Below, piece after piece: positions 28,741 to 39,718 of a DNA stretch of 64,000 nucleotides. Numbering within the stretch: position 1 is the first letter of the stretch; every line of letters starts with the position of its first letter. The position numbers and the translations under genes were made by a program. The stretch covers positions 1,248,001-1,312,000 of the forward strand of contig OZ220732.1 in the NCBI GenBank assembly GCA_965116905.1, in the 5' to 3' direction. Below the pieces are notes generated by a model. The model was not told where the DNA came from, did not search any database, and worked only from the letters and a program-made list of their open reading frames with translations. Source of the DNA: Longimicrobiales bacterium (lineage in GTDB: Bacteria > Gemmatimonadota > Gemmatimonadetes > Longimicrobiales > Gaopeijiaceae).

Positions 28741-30152
28741 CCCACGCTCCCTTCCATCTCCAGCTCGATCAGCCGGTTGAGTTCGACCGCGTACTCGAGC
28801 GGCAACTCCTTCGCGATCGGTTCGATGAATCCGCGCACGATCAGCGCCATGGCCTCCGCCTCGTCCATCCCGCGGCTCATCAGGTAGAAGAGCTGCTCGT
28901 CCCCGACCTTCGACACCGTGGCTTCGTGGCCCACCGTGGCCGACTTCTCGTCGATTTCGATATAGGGGAAGGTGTCGGTACGGGACGTCTCGTTGATCAG
29001 GAGCGCGTCGCACTCGACGTTCGACCTGGCGTTGGCGGCCCCGTCGTAGACCTTGCACAGTCCGCGGTAGGAGGAGCGCCCCGTCCCCTTGGAGATCGAC
29101 TTCGAGACGATGCTGGACGACGTGTTCGGCGCCACGTGAATGACCTTGCCGCCGGTGTCCTGGTGCTGTCCGTCCCCGGCGTACGCGATGGACATGATCT
29201 CGCCGTGCGCGCCCTCTTCCATGAGGTAGCAGGACGGGTACTTCATGGTCAGCTTCGACCCCAGGTTCCCGTCGAGCCATTCCATGTGCGCGCCCCGGTG
29301 CACCAGCGCCCGCTGGGTCACCAGGTTGTACATGTTGTTCGACCAGTTCTGAATCGTCGTGTAGCGGAAGAAGGCGTCCGGCTTGACCACGATCTCGATC
29401 ACGCCCGAGTGGAAGGAGTCGGTCGAGTAGACCGGCGCGGTACATCCTTCGATATAGTGCGCGCGCGATCCCTCGTCCGCGATGATGAGCGTGCGCTCGA
29501 ACTGTCCCAGCCGCTCCTGGTTGACGCGAAAATACGCCTGCAGCGGCGTCTCCAGCTCCACTCCGGGCGGGATGTACACGAATGACCCGCCGGACCACAC
29601 CGCCGAGTTGAGCGCCGCGAACTTGTTGTCGGCAGCCGGGATCACCGTCCCGAAGTGCTTGCGGAAGAGCTCGGGGTGGTTCTTCAGGCCGTCCTCGATC
29701 GAGTCGAAGATCACGCCCTTCGATTCCCACTCCTCCTTCAGCGAGTGGTAGACCATTTCCGAGTCGTACTGAGCCCCGACGCCAGCCAGGATCTTGCGCT
29801 CCGCCTCGGGAATGCCCAGCCGTTCGAACGTCTCCTTGATGTTCTCGGGGACATCGTCCCAGGAGCGTTCCATCTGCTCCTGCGGCTTCACGTAGAAATA
29901 CGTCTGGCGCAGCGTGTCCTCGAGTTCCGACAGATCGCCGCCCCATTGGGGCATGGGTTTGGACTCGTAGATGCGAAGCGCCTTCAGGCGGCGCTTGAGC
30001 ATCCACTCGGGTTCGTCCTTGCGGGCGGAAATCTGCTCCACGATTTCGGCGTCGAGCCCGGGCCGCGTGCGGAAGACCGGCTCGGAGTCCGTGACAAAAC
30101 CGAACTTGTAGTCGTCCAGTCCGAGTCCCTGTATGACTTCATTGTCAGGCAT
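28737..30152 (-). CDS. sufB: Fe-S cluster assembly protein SufB
   Basis: [62 protein letters not shown]. Confidence 0.97.
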   Translation of the reverse strand: MPDNEVIQGLGLDDYKFGFVTDSEPVFRTRPGLDAEIVEQISARKDEPEWMLKRRLKALRIYESKPMPQWGGDLSELEDTLRQTYFYVKPQEQMERSWDDVPENIKETFERLGIPEAERKILAGVGAQYDSEMVYHSLKEEWESKGVIFDSIEDGLKNHPELFRKHFGTVIPAADNKFAALNSAVWSGGSFVYIPPGVELETPLQAYFRVNQERLGQFERTLIIADEGSRAHYIEGCTAPVYSTDSFHSGVIEIVVKPDAFFRYTTIQNWSNNMYNLVTQRALVHRGAHMEWLDGNLGSKLTMKYPSCYLMEEGAHGEIMSIAYAGDGQHQDTGGKVIHVAPNTSSSIVSKSISKGTGRSSYRGLCKVYDGAANARSNVECDALLINETSRTDTFPYIEIDEKSATVGHEATVSKVGDEQLFYLMSRGMDEAEAMALIVRGFIEPIAKELPLEYAVELNRLIELEMEGSVG

Positions 30153-30169
30153 CTGATTCCTCCATGCGC

Positions 30170-30952
30170 TCAGGCCGCATGAGCCTTTCGGTATTCCTCG
30201 TAGCCGCGTGCCTCCAACTCCAGCGCAACCTCCGGGCCGCCCGACTCCACGATCCTGCCGTTCACCATGACGTGGACCACATCGGGGGTTATGTGGTTCA
30301 GGATGCGCTGATAGTGCGTGATCAGCAGCACGGACATGTCGGGGCTTTCCCGCTTCAGGGTATTGATCCCGTTGGAAACGATCTTGAGTGCATCGATGTC
30401 CAGGCCCGAGTCCGTCTCGTCCATCACCGCCAGCGACGGCTTCAGGACCGCCATCTGCAGAATCTCGTTGCGCTTCTTCTCGCCCCCGCTGAAACCGTCG
30501 TTCACGGGGCGCTGCGCGAACGAGGGGTCCATTTCCAGCAGCTCCATCCGATCCATCAGCAGCTCCTGGAAGTCGAAGAGATCGAGTTCCTCATCGTCCA
30601 CCAGCCGCGCCTGCAGCGAGGTGCGCAGGAAATTCGCGATGGACACGCCCGGAATCTCGACCGGGTACTGGAACGCCATGAACACGCCGGCCTGCGCGCG
30701 CTCGTCGGGCTCCATTTCGAGCAGATCCTCGCCGCCGAAGCGCACCGAGCCGCCGGTGGGCTCATAGGCCGGATGACCCGCGATCACCTTGGCCAGGGTG
30801 CTCTTGCCCGATCCGTTCGGACCCATGATCGCGTGGATCTCTCCGGGCTTGATGGCGAGGTCCACCCCCTTCAGGATCTTGAGATCCTCGTCCGCGACCC
30901 CGGCCTTCAAGCCCGCCACGTCGAGAATCGGTGCGTTGTCCATCCGGGACAC
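30170..30952 (-). CDS. sufC: Fe-S cluster assembly ATPase SufC
   Basis: [44 protein letters not shown]. Confidence 0.97.
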   Translation of the reverse strand: MSRMDNAPILDVAGLKAGVADEDLKILKGVDLAIKPGEIHAIMGPNGSGKSTLAKVIAGHPAYEPTGGSVRFGGEDLLEMEPDERAQAGVFMAFQYPVEIPGVSIANFLRTSLQARLVDDEELDLFDFQELLMDRMELLEMDPSFAQRPVNDGFSGGEKKRNEILQMAVLKPSLAVMDETDSGLDIDALKIVSNGINTLKRESPDMSVLLITHYQRILNHITPDVVHVMVNGRIVESGGPEVALELEARGYEEYRKAHAA

Positions 30953-30963
30953 TCCATTATCAG

Positions 30964-30985
30964 TAATAAGAATGATTATTGATTA
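30964..30985. promoter_or_regulatory. Putative Fur-family operator upstream of the suf operon
   Basis: AT-rich TAATAAGAATGATTATTGATTA; 11/15 match to TGATAATnATTATCA. Confidence 0.6.
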
Positions 30986-31096
30986 GGGTCCCAAAGCTAC
31001 CGGAGGGCGTTGCGCCAGTCAAGTGGATTGGTCGCGCGGCAGAGCGGGCCCGCAGTTCACTTAAGATGTTGCAAAAACGCTAGTTACGAGCTACGC

Positions 31097-32725
31097 TCAG
31101 AAGATCGCACCGGCGATCCAGGTGTCCGATCTCGCCCAGGCGGACTGGAACAGCGCCTTTGCGTCTTCAGCTTCGAAATCCTTGCCCTGTGCCCGGAGCG
31201 CCGCTTCCAGTCCGAAGAGCGACCAGCCGTTCATGGGATGATCCTCCAGCGCAGCGCGGAACACGCCCTCGGCCTCCTGGTGCTGCTCCAGCTCCAGCAG
31301 CAGGTCGCCAAGCCAGTGGCGGGCCGAGAAATTCAGCGGCTCGGGCTCGTCGTACCGCAGTCCGTCTTCGAGCTCGATCGCAGCCTCCAACACCTCGATG
31401 GCGCTGTCGGTTTTCCCCTCGTGGCGCAGGATCTCACCCTCCAGAATGCCCGCGACCACTCCAAGCAGATCCGCCGCGGAATGGCCCCTGAAGCGCTCGC
31501 CGTCGGGGGTTTTCTCGGCCGCCCGCCGCACCTTCTCCAGGTAGACCGAGGCGCGGTCGGACTCATCGTGGCGCAGGTACGCGTAGCCCCGGGCAAAGTC
31601 CCAGAAACCGCGCTGGATCCCTCCGGCCGGAGGATCGTCCAGCTCGAGGATTTCGTCAAAGCGCCCGAAGCGAAGCATCGTCATGGCTTCGTAGAAGGCG
31701 CCCCCCGGCACGATCTTGCCGTAGTCCCGGGCGGCCTGGATGGCGACCGCCCCCTGGCCGTCCATCGACGCGGCGAAGAGAAGCATGTGCAGGTTGTGCG
31801 ACGGGTAGATGGCCCACGCAATGTCTTCTTCGGCGCGCTGGTCGGAGTGCCAGGCGGCGAGGTTGGAGCGCACCGCGTCGCCCCAGCGCCCGATCCGGTT
31901 GTAGGTGTGGGACGGCATGTGCTGGATGTGGCTGGCTCCGGGGATCGACGCGCCGAGATGGTCCGCGCACGCCTCCGCCTTCCAGGGCTTGATCGTGGGC
32001 TCGGTGGCGTGCACGTAGAGATGGCATGCACCCGGGTGCGCGATGTCCATGGCCAGAACGGCCTCGAGGATCCCGTGGATCTTCGTGACCGCCGGCTTGT
32101 CGATGTCCCAGCGCCCGCGCCGCGGCTCCAGCAGCATGAGGGACTCGCCGTAGAGCGTGCCCACGTCGAGGTCGTGCGGAAACCGCTGGTACACGTCGGC
32201 CATGGCGCGCGCGTACGTCGAATCCAGCATCTTCCGCGCGTCGCCGTCGTGCTCCTGCGTGTACCGGACCGCCATCGCATCGATCAGCGCCTTCTCGACG
32301 TCGTTGGCGTTGCCGTCGGCCAGGGCCTTCGCCTTCCGGATGTTCTCATATGCGCGCGGTGCGTCGTCGGGGCCCATCGGTCCGTTTAGGTAGGGTCCCC
32401 AGGCCCATGCCTCGCCCCAAAAGCACATGGCGCACTCGGGATCTTCCCGCTGCGCCTGGCGGAAGGACCGGGCAGCCCGCAGCGGCGTAAAGGCGTACAT
32501 CATCTGCACGCCCTGGTCGAAGAACTTCTGCGCGCGTGCCGAACTGGTCGTGATCGGGCGGGTCAGGGGACCGAGTGCGTCGGCGTAGTACGTGGCCTCT
32601 TCGTCGAAGCCTGCCGGGTACTCAACCTCCTGTGCCTCGCCATGCGTCTGCGCAATGGCGAAAAGGGACGCGATGACCGCGGTTGTGACGATGGCGCGAC
32701 GGCGCCGGGTACATTCAGGATCCAT
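31097..32725 (-). CDS. Exported TPR-containing protein
   Basis: Signal peptide, AQKFFDQG, CAMCFWGEAWAWGP, HPGACHLYVH, HIQHMPSH.Y.RIGRW, NGWSLFGL. Confidence 0.8.
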   Translation of the reverse strand: MDPECTRRRRAIVTTAVIASLFAIAQTHGEAQEVEYPAGFDEEATYYADALGPLTRPITTSSARAQKFFDQGVQMMYAFTPLRAARSFRQAQREDPECAMCFWGEAWAWGPYLNGPMGPDDAPRAYENIRKAKALADGNANDVEKALIDAMAVRYTQEHDGDARKMLDSTYARAMADVYQRFPHDLDVGTLYGESLMLLEPRRGRWDIDKPAVTKIHGILEAVLAMDIAHPGACHLYVHATEPTIKPWKAEACADHLGASIPGASHIQHMPSHTYNRIGRWGDAVRSNLAAWHSDQRAEEDIAWAIYPSHNLHMLLFAASMDGQGAVAIQAARDYGKIVPGGAFYEAMTMLRFGRFDEILELDDPPAGGIQRGFWDFARGYAYLRHDESDRASVYLEKVRRAAEKTPDGERFRGHSAADLLGVVAGILEGEILRHEGKTDSAIEVLEAAIELEDGLRYDEPEPLNFSARHWLGDLLLELEQHQEAEGVFRAALEDHPMNGWSLFGLEAALRAQGKDFEAEDAKALFQSAWARSDTWIAGAIF

Positions 32726-32890
32726 CGGGGGGCTATCCGTGTGTCTGGGTGAGCATTCGGGACACGGCCAATCTGAGCGACCGGGCCGATGCCTGCCAGT
32801 CCCCGGCACCTCGCCGTCCTCGCGATTAGAATGTTACGATCCAGATCAGCGTATACGCTTGTGTGCACCTGAATCCAACATGGAGGAAGC

Positions 32891-33457
32891 TTGCTCCCTG
32901 ACCTGGAGCGGGAACTATTGCGAAAGTGCCAGGCGGGCAACGCTCGCTTCTTCGAACCGATCGTGAGGGCGTACGAACGCCCCGGACTGCGGGTGGCTCT
33001 GGGAATGATGGGGAACCCGGACGATGCGCGGGACGCGCTGCAGGACGCGTTCGTGAAGGCGTGGAAATCACTTCCCCGCTTCGACCTGAAGAGGCCGTTC
33101 GCGCCGTGGTTCTTTCAGATTCTGAGGAATCAATGCAGGGACGCGCTCCGGAGCCGCAAGGTCCGATTCCAGCTGGAAGCGCTCGACGAGAGGCTGGAGA
33201 TGAAGCCGGCCGACCCCGAGTCGGGCCCCGAACGCATGCGCCAGAAGAAGGCTGCCAAGGAGCTGCTCTGGTCGGGGCTCGAGAAGGTCAGTGAAGATCA
33301 CCGCGAGATACTCGTATTGAAGGAAATCGAGGGGTTTCGCTACGGCGAGATCGCCGGGATATTGAACATTCCGGAAGGAACGGTCGCCAGCCGGCTTTTT
33401 CACGCGCGGCGGGCGCTGGCCGAGGTACTGCGGGAGTCACAGGCGGACTACCCGTGA
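32891..33457 (+). CDS. ECF RNA polymerase sigma factor
   Basis: DARDALQDAFVKAW..FD..PF.PWF, EIAGILNIPEGTVASRLFHARRAL; GGAGG RBS with TTG start. Confidence 0.93.
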   Translation: MLPDLERELLRKCQAGNARFFEPIVRAYERPGLRVALGMMGNPDDARDALQDAFVKAWKSLPRFDLKRPFAPWFFQILRNQCRDALRSRKVRFQLEALDERLEMKPADPESGPERMRQKKAAKELLWSGLEKVSEDHREILVLKEIEGFRYGEIAGILNIPEGTVASRLFHARRALAEVLRESQADYP

Positions 33458-33945
33458 ACGATTCCCATGGAGCACCGGGGGAAGAGGCCCCTCCGGAGGC
33501 GGATGAGCCCATGAACGCAAACCTGTCGAACGAAGTGAGCCATGAGGAACTCATGCGTTTCCTCGACGGCGAGGTCACGCCCGAGGAGCGGGCGCGTATC
33601 GAGGGACGCCTGGCGGGGTCGAGCGAGTTGCGACGCGAGTTCGCGATCTTCCGCTCCATGAAACAGGACCTGCAGGACCTGTCGTTCGCCGCCACCGTCG
33701 ACGACTCGGTGTGGGATCGGATCAGGAACAGGATCACGCAGCCGGTGGGCTGGGTGCTCGCGGTGGCCGGATTCGTGGCCTGGCTCGGCTACGGCGTCTG
33801 GACCTTCGTCACGTCGCCGTCGGCGATCGTCGTCAAGCTCGCGACCGGCGCGATCGTCATCGGGATCCTGGTACTCCTCGCCAACGTGATCTGGGACCGT
33901 TACACGGAGTTCGGAACGGACCCGTACCGTCACGTACAACGATGA
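33454..33945 (+). CDS. Anti-sigma factor (degenerate zf-HC2-like domain, two TM helices)
   Basis: ELMRFLDGEVTPEERARIE..L, two TMs, DPYRHVQR; coupled to the sigma gene. Confidence 0.75.
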   Translation: MNDSHGAPGEEAPPEADEPMNANLSNEVSHEELMRFLDGEVTPEERARIEGRLAGSSELRREFAIFRSMKQDLQDLSFAATVDDSVWDRIRNRITQPVGWVLAVAGFVAWLGYGVWTFVTSPSAIVVKLATGAIVIGILVLLANVIWDRYTEFGTDPYRHVQR

Positions 33946-34271
33946 TACTGGCAACGACGGAGGCGGTCGCCGGGCACCGTGCGGTGCGCACGCTGGGAAT
34001 GGTGAGGGGCAGTTCCGTGCGCGTGCGCCACATCGGACGTGACCTCATCGCCAGCCTGCGAAATCTGGCGGGTGGGGAAGTGTACGAATACACGAAGCTG
34101 CTGGCCGAAGTGCGCGAGCAGGCGGTGGACCGGATGGTCGCGGAAGCCGAAGCGCTCGGTGCGAACGCGATCCTGGCCATCCGCTTTCAGTCTGCCGAAG
34201 TGAGCAGGGGCGCCGCGGAGATGATGTGCTACGGTACCGCGGTGGAGTTGCGCCGGTCCGACCGAAGCTGA
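33942..34271 (+). CDS. YbjQ family (UPF0145) protein
   Basis: LGMVRG..RHIGRDLIASLRNLAGGEV..YTKLL..REQA..RM..A..LGANA..YGTAV. Confidence 0.92.
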   Translation: MILATTEAVAGHRAVRTLGMVRGSSVRVRHIGRDLIASLRNLAGGEVYEYTKLLAEVREQAVDRMVAEAEALGANAILAIRFQSAEVSRGAAEMMCYGTAVELRRSDRS

Positions 34272-34960
34272 CCAGGCGCGGTCCGCGCCAGGGTTCCGGC
34301 CGCGCGCTGCCTCTTGTAGTGGGTCATCTGAATGTCGTGCACCCGGCCTATGATCACGAGCAGAAGGAGGCTCGCCGGCACCAGGACGCCCAGCGATACC
34401 GCCTCGCCCAGGTGTTCGGCTGCACGCTTGTCGATCCCAACCACACCCTTCCGGGCCGCCCAGGTCACCCAACCCGCCGTCGACGGCCCCACAATCGCCA
34501 GGAGCCACCAACAGGGAAGCAGCGCCGATACCCGCTGTCGCTGCCAATTGAGGGGGCCAACGCTGGCCTTCCAGATCTCTCGCATCGCCTGGTAGGGCTT
34601 CCAGAGGTTGGCAATGGGGACGAAGTACCAGCCGACTGCGCCCCGCGGGGTGAAGGCCATCTCCATGGCGCCGAGCGCCCGGGCATTGCTGTTGGCCCGA
34701 TGGATCCACCTGGACACGACAATGGCGGTAGTCAGGGCGGCCATTCCCAGAAGCACGCGGAAGCCCCAGAGTTCCGGTGACGCCAGCGACTCCCCGGCTT
34801 CGGCAAGCGATCGATAGGCGCGGGCGTGGTGCTGGATCCCGAGGAGTGCCGCAAGCAGGCTGAAGCCCAGGAACCCCCTGGCCTGGTTCGTCAGACCGGT
34901 GGGGTTTCGGAAGCCTGCAGACCGCCCCGGCCCCATACCATCGTCCTGTACATCAGGCAT
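34229..34960 (-). CDS. DUF4328 family membrane protein
   Basis: WIHRANSNA..FTPRGAVGWYFVPIANLWKPYQAMREIWKAS. Confidence 0.8.
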   Translation of the reverse strand: MPDVQDDGMGPGRSAGFRNPTGLTNQARGFLGFSLLAALLGIQHHARAYRSLAEAGESLASPELWGFRVLLGMAALTTAIVVSRWIHRANSNARALGAMEMAFTPRGAVGWYFVPIANLWKPYQAMREIWKASVGPLNWQRQRVSALLPCWWLLAIVGPSTAGWVTWAARKGVVGIDKRAAEHLGEAVSLGVLVPASLLLLVIIGRVHDIQMTHYKRQRAAGTLARTAPGQLRSDRRNSTAVP

Positions 34961-35840
34961 GGTCTGTACCCTGGCTCTTGAAGGAGTCGAACCCCACGCA
35001 CGCGACCCCGAACCCGCCCAGCCTCTTCGCCATCACCCGTGCCGCTTCAGGGTTGGAATCGACCAGAATGTAGTTCCTGCCCCTGCGCGCCGCAGCCTCG
35101 CCCGTGGTCCCGCTTCCCGCGAAGAAGTCCAGCACCGTGTCTCCCGGGTTCGAGTGCACCTTCACGATGCGTTCCAGGACCCCCAGCGGCTTCTGCGTGG
35201 GATACCCGGTCTTCTCGCCGCCGGTCGGACTGACGATCGTGTGCCACCAGACGTCCGTGGGCGTCTTGCCGCGCGCGGCCTTCTCCCTGCCGACCAGCCC
35301 CGGCGCCATGTACGGGATCCGGTCCATCTCGTCGTAGTTGAAGGTGTACTCGCCCGGATCCTTCGCGTACCAGAAGATCGTGTCGTGCTTGGCCGGCCAC
35401 CTCCGCTTAGACCGCGCCCCGTAGTCGTACGCCCAGATGATCTCGTTCACGAACGACGCGCGCCCGAAGATCTCGTCGAGCAGGATCTTGCAGTAGTGCG
35501 CTTCGCGGTAGTCTATGTGGAAGAAGAGCGACCCCGTGGGCGCGAGCACCCTGTGCGCCTCCTGAAGCCGCGGTTCGAGAAAGGCGAGGTAGTCAGCGTG
35601 GCGGTCCTCGTAGCTGCTCCGCCCCAGGATCGTGGTGCGGTAGCGGGCGCCCTGGAAGCCGGTGCGGTCGCCATTGTCGTCGCGCTCGACCCGGATGCGC
35701 GTTCGCGCCTGCGCCCGCCCGGTGTTGAAGGGCGGATCGACGTAGATGAGCTGCACGCTCCCCCCCTCCATCGCCCGCAGCGCGGAGAGGTTGTCGGCCA
35801 GGATGATCCGGCCCGCCGGGCCACCCTGGCCGCCCTTCAT
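34953..35840 (-). CDS. Site-specific DNA methyltransferase (N6-A/N4-C, beta class), orphan
   Basis: IYVDPPFNTG precedes YPTQKP..VLDFFAGSGTT. Confidence 0.93.
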   Translation of the reverse strand: MKGGQGGPAGRIILADNLSALRAMEGGSVQLIYVDPPFNTGRAQARTRIRVERDDNGDRTGFQGARYRTTILGRSSYEDRHADYLAFLEPRLQEAHRVLAPTGSLFFHIDYREAHYCKILLDEIFGRASFVNEIIWAYDYGARSKRRWPAKHDTIFWYAKDPGEYTFNYDEMDRIPYMAPGLVGREKAARGKTPTDVWWHTIVSPTGGEKTGYPTQKPLGVLERIVKVHSNPGDTVLDFFAGSGTTGEAAARRGRNYILVDSNPEAARVMAKRLGGFGVACVGFDSFKSQGTDHA

Positions 35841-35877
35841 CAGCTGTCCCCGTCGGACATCAGCTGTCCCCGTCGGA
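35838..35877 (-). repeat. 20-bp tandem duplication of a TGATG junction, forming mini-ORF MSDGDS*
   Basis: CATCAGCTGTCCCCGTCGGA x2. Confidence 0.9.
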
Positions 35878-37485
35878 GACCGCCCGTTCCTCCTTGGCCT
35901 TGCGAACCATCTCGCGCACGTCCGCCAGCAGCTGCCGTGCGTCGTAGATGATCCCGTCCTTGATCGTGTACCTGATGCTGCCGACGCGCTCCACCTCGCC
36001 GGTGTCGTCGTTGAGCCGCGGGGTGCCGTTGCCATAGAGCACCTTGAGGTTCTGGAGCGGGTTCTCGTCCACGACGACCATGTCGGCCTTGAGGCCCGGG
36101 CGCAGAATGCCGAAATCGATGGTGGAGCCCTTGGGGTCGTGCAATTCCTCGGCCCCGTACAGGGTTGCGGAGCGGATCACCTCGACGGGGTGGAAGCCGG
36201 CCTCGCGCAACAGTTCGAGTTCGCGGATGTAGTCGAAGCCGTAGAGCTTGTAGATGAAGCCGGAGTCGGAACCGGTGGTGACGCGCCCGCCCGCATTCTT
36301 GTAGTCGTTGAGGAAGTGCATCCACTTGTTGAAGAAGCGCTTCCAGTGGTACTCGTCCTCGCTGGTCCAGTAGAACCAGTAGGACCCGTGGGCGATGCGC
36401 GACGGCTGGTAGAAATCCCACTGGCTGGGCAGCGTGTACTCGTCGTGGAAGTCGGCTTCGCGGGAGCGCATCACGTCGCGGCTGGCCTCGTAGATCGTCA
36501 TCGTGGGGTCGAGTCCGAAGTCGAGCTCCAGGAACCGGTCGATGAGGTCGTTCCACTGGTCGGATCCCGGCTCGGCAGCCTGGTTCCACAGGCGGCCGAC
36601 GTTGCCGAAGCGGTGCTGCTCGTCCTGGTAGTTGTAGTCGAGCGGCCAGTCCTGGACGCTGAAGTCGGTCAGCATCGACTCCATGAGGCCGTAGTAGTGG
36701 GTCATCATGTCGAGGCCGACCTCGGCGGCGTCGAGCGCGGTCATGCGCACCACGCCCATCTGGCCGAGGTGGGCGACGGTGCCGAGCCCGAACTTCTTCG
36801 CTTCGTCGATCACCGCGGCCATGATGTCGGGGTCCATCGCACCCAGCTTGAGGCCGTCGATCTTCGCGCCTTCCACGTCGACTTCGACCGCCCAGCGCAC
36901 CCACTCCCGCGCCTTCTCGGGCGAGTCGACCGGGCCGCGGTCCCAGGCCTCGCCGGGGCGCGCGTAGGTGAACATGCGGGGGGCGACGATCTCGTTGCGC
37001 TCGGCCAGCGCCTTCTCCTGCAGCGCCCACATCATCGGGCCGTGGCCGACGCCGCGCGAGGTGGTGATGCCGTGGCCCATCCAGAGCTTGTAGGTGTACT
37101 CGGGCTGGGGTGCCTTGCCGCCGCCGCCGGTGTGCGCGTGCATGTCCACAAAGCCGGGCATGATGAACATGCCGGTCATGTCGATCTCCCTGGTGGCGCC
37201 GGAGGGGCGGCGCTCCTCGTTGATCGGGACGCCGGGATATCCAACCGTCTGGATTTCGGATATCCTGTCGCCTTCAATCACGATATCCACGGGACCCATG
37301 GGCGGGGCACCCGTGCCGTCGATGATCGTGGCACCGCGAAGGATCAGCCGCTCGTGGGGACCGTCCCCCTCGGCGGCACCGCGGGGCGTGGTGGGGTCCA
37401 TCTGCGCGGAGAGCAGGGTGGGGATGGCCACCGCCGCGGCGAGCGCGAGGGCGGCAGAACGAATGTGGCCACGTGAGAACTGCAT
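35860..37485 (-). CDS. Exported amidohydrolase family protein
   Basis: Signal peptide, PGFVDMHAH, TGSDSG, G.LRPGLKADMVVVDENPL. Confidence 0.88.
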   Translation of the reverse strand: MQFSRGHIRSAALALAAAVAIPTLLSAQMDPTTPRGAAEGDGPHERLILRGATIIDGTGAPPMGPVDIVIEGDRISEIQTVGYPGVPINEERRPSGATREIDMTGMFIMPGFVDMHAHTGGGGKAPQPEYTYKLWMGHGITTSRGVGHGPMMWALQEKALAERNEIVAPRMFTYARPGEAWDRGPVDSPEKAREWVRWAVEVDVEGAKIDGLKLGAMDPDIMAAVIDEAKKFGLGTVAHLGQMGVVRMTALDAAEVGLDMMTHYYGLMESMLTDFSVQDWPLDYNYQDEQHRFGNVGRLWNQAAEPGSDQWNDLIDRFLELDFGLDPTMTIYEASRDVMRSREADFHDEYTLPSQWDFYQPSRIAHGSYWFYWTSEDEYHWKRFFNKWMHFLNDYKNAGGRVTTGSDSGFIYKLYGFDYIRELELLREAGFHPVEVIRSATLYGAEELHDPKGSTIDFGILRPGLKADMVVVDENPLQNLKVLYGNGTPRLNDDTGEVERVGSIRYTIKDGIIYDARQLLADVREMVRKAKEERAVSDGDS

Positions 37486-37537
37486 CCGGGAACCTCCTGT
37501 GGGTGAACAGTGACGATCTGCAATGTACAGTGTATGA

Positions 37538-39712
<2,175 letters not shown>

Positions 39713-39718
39713 CAGCGC

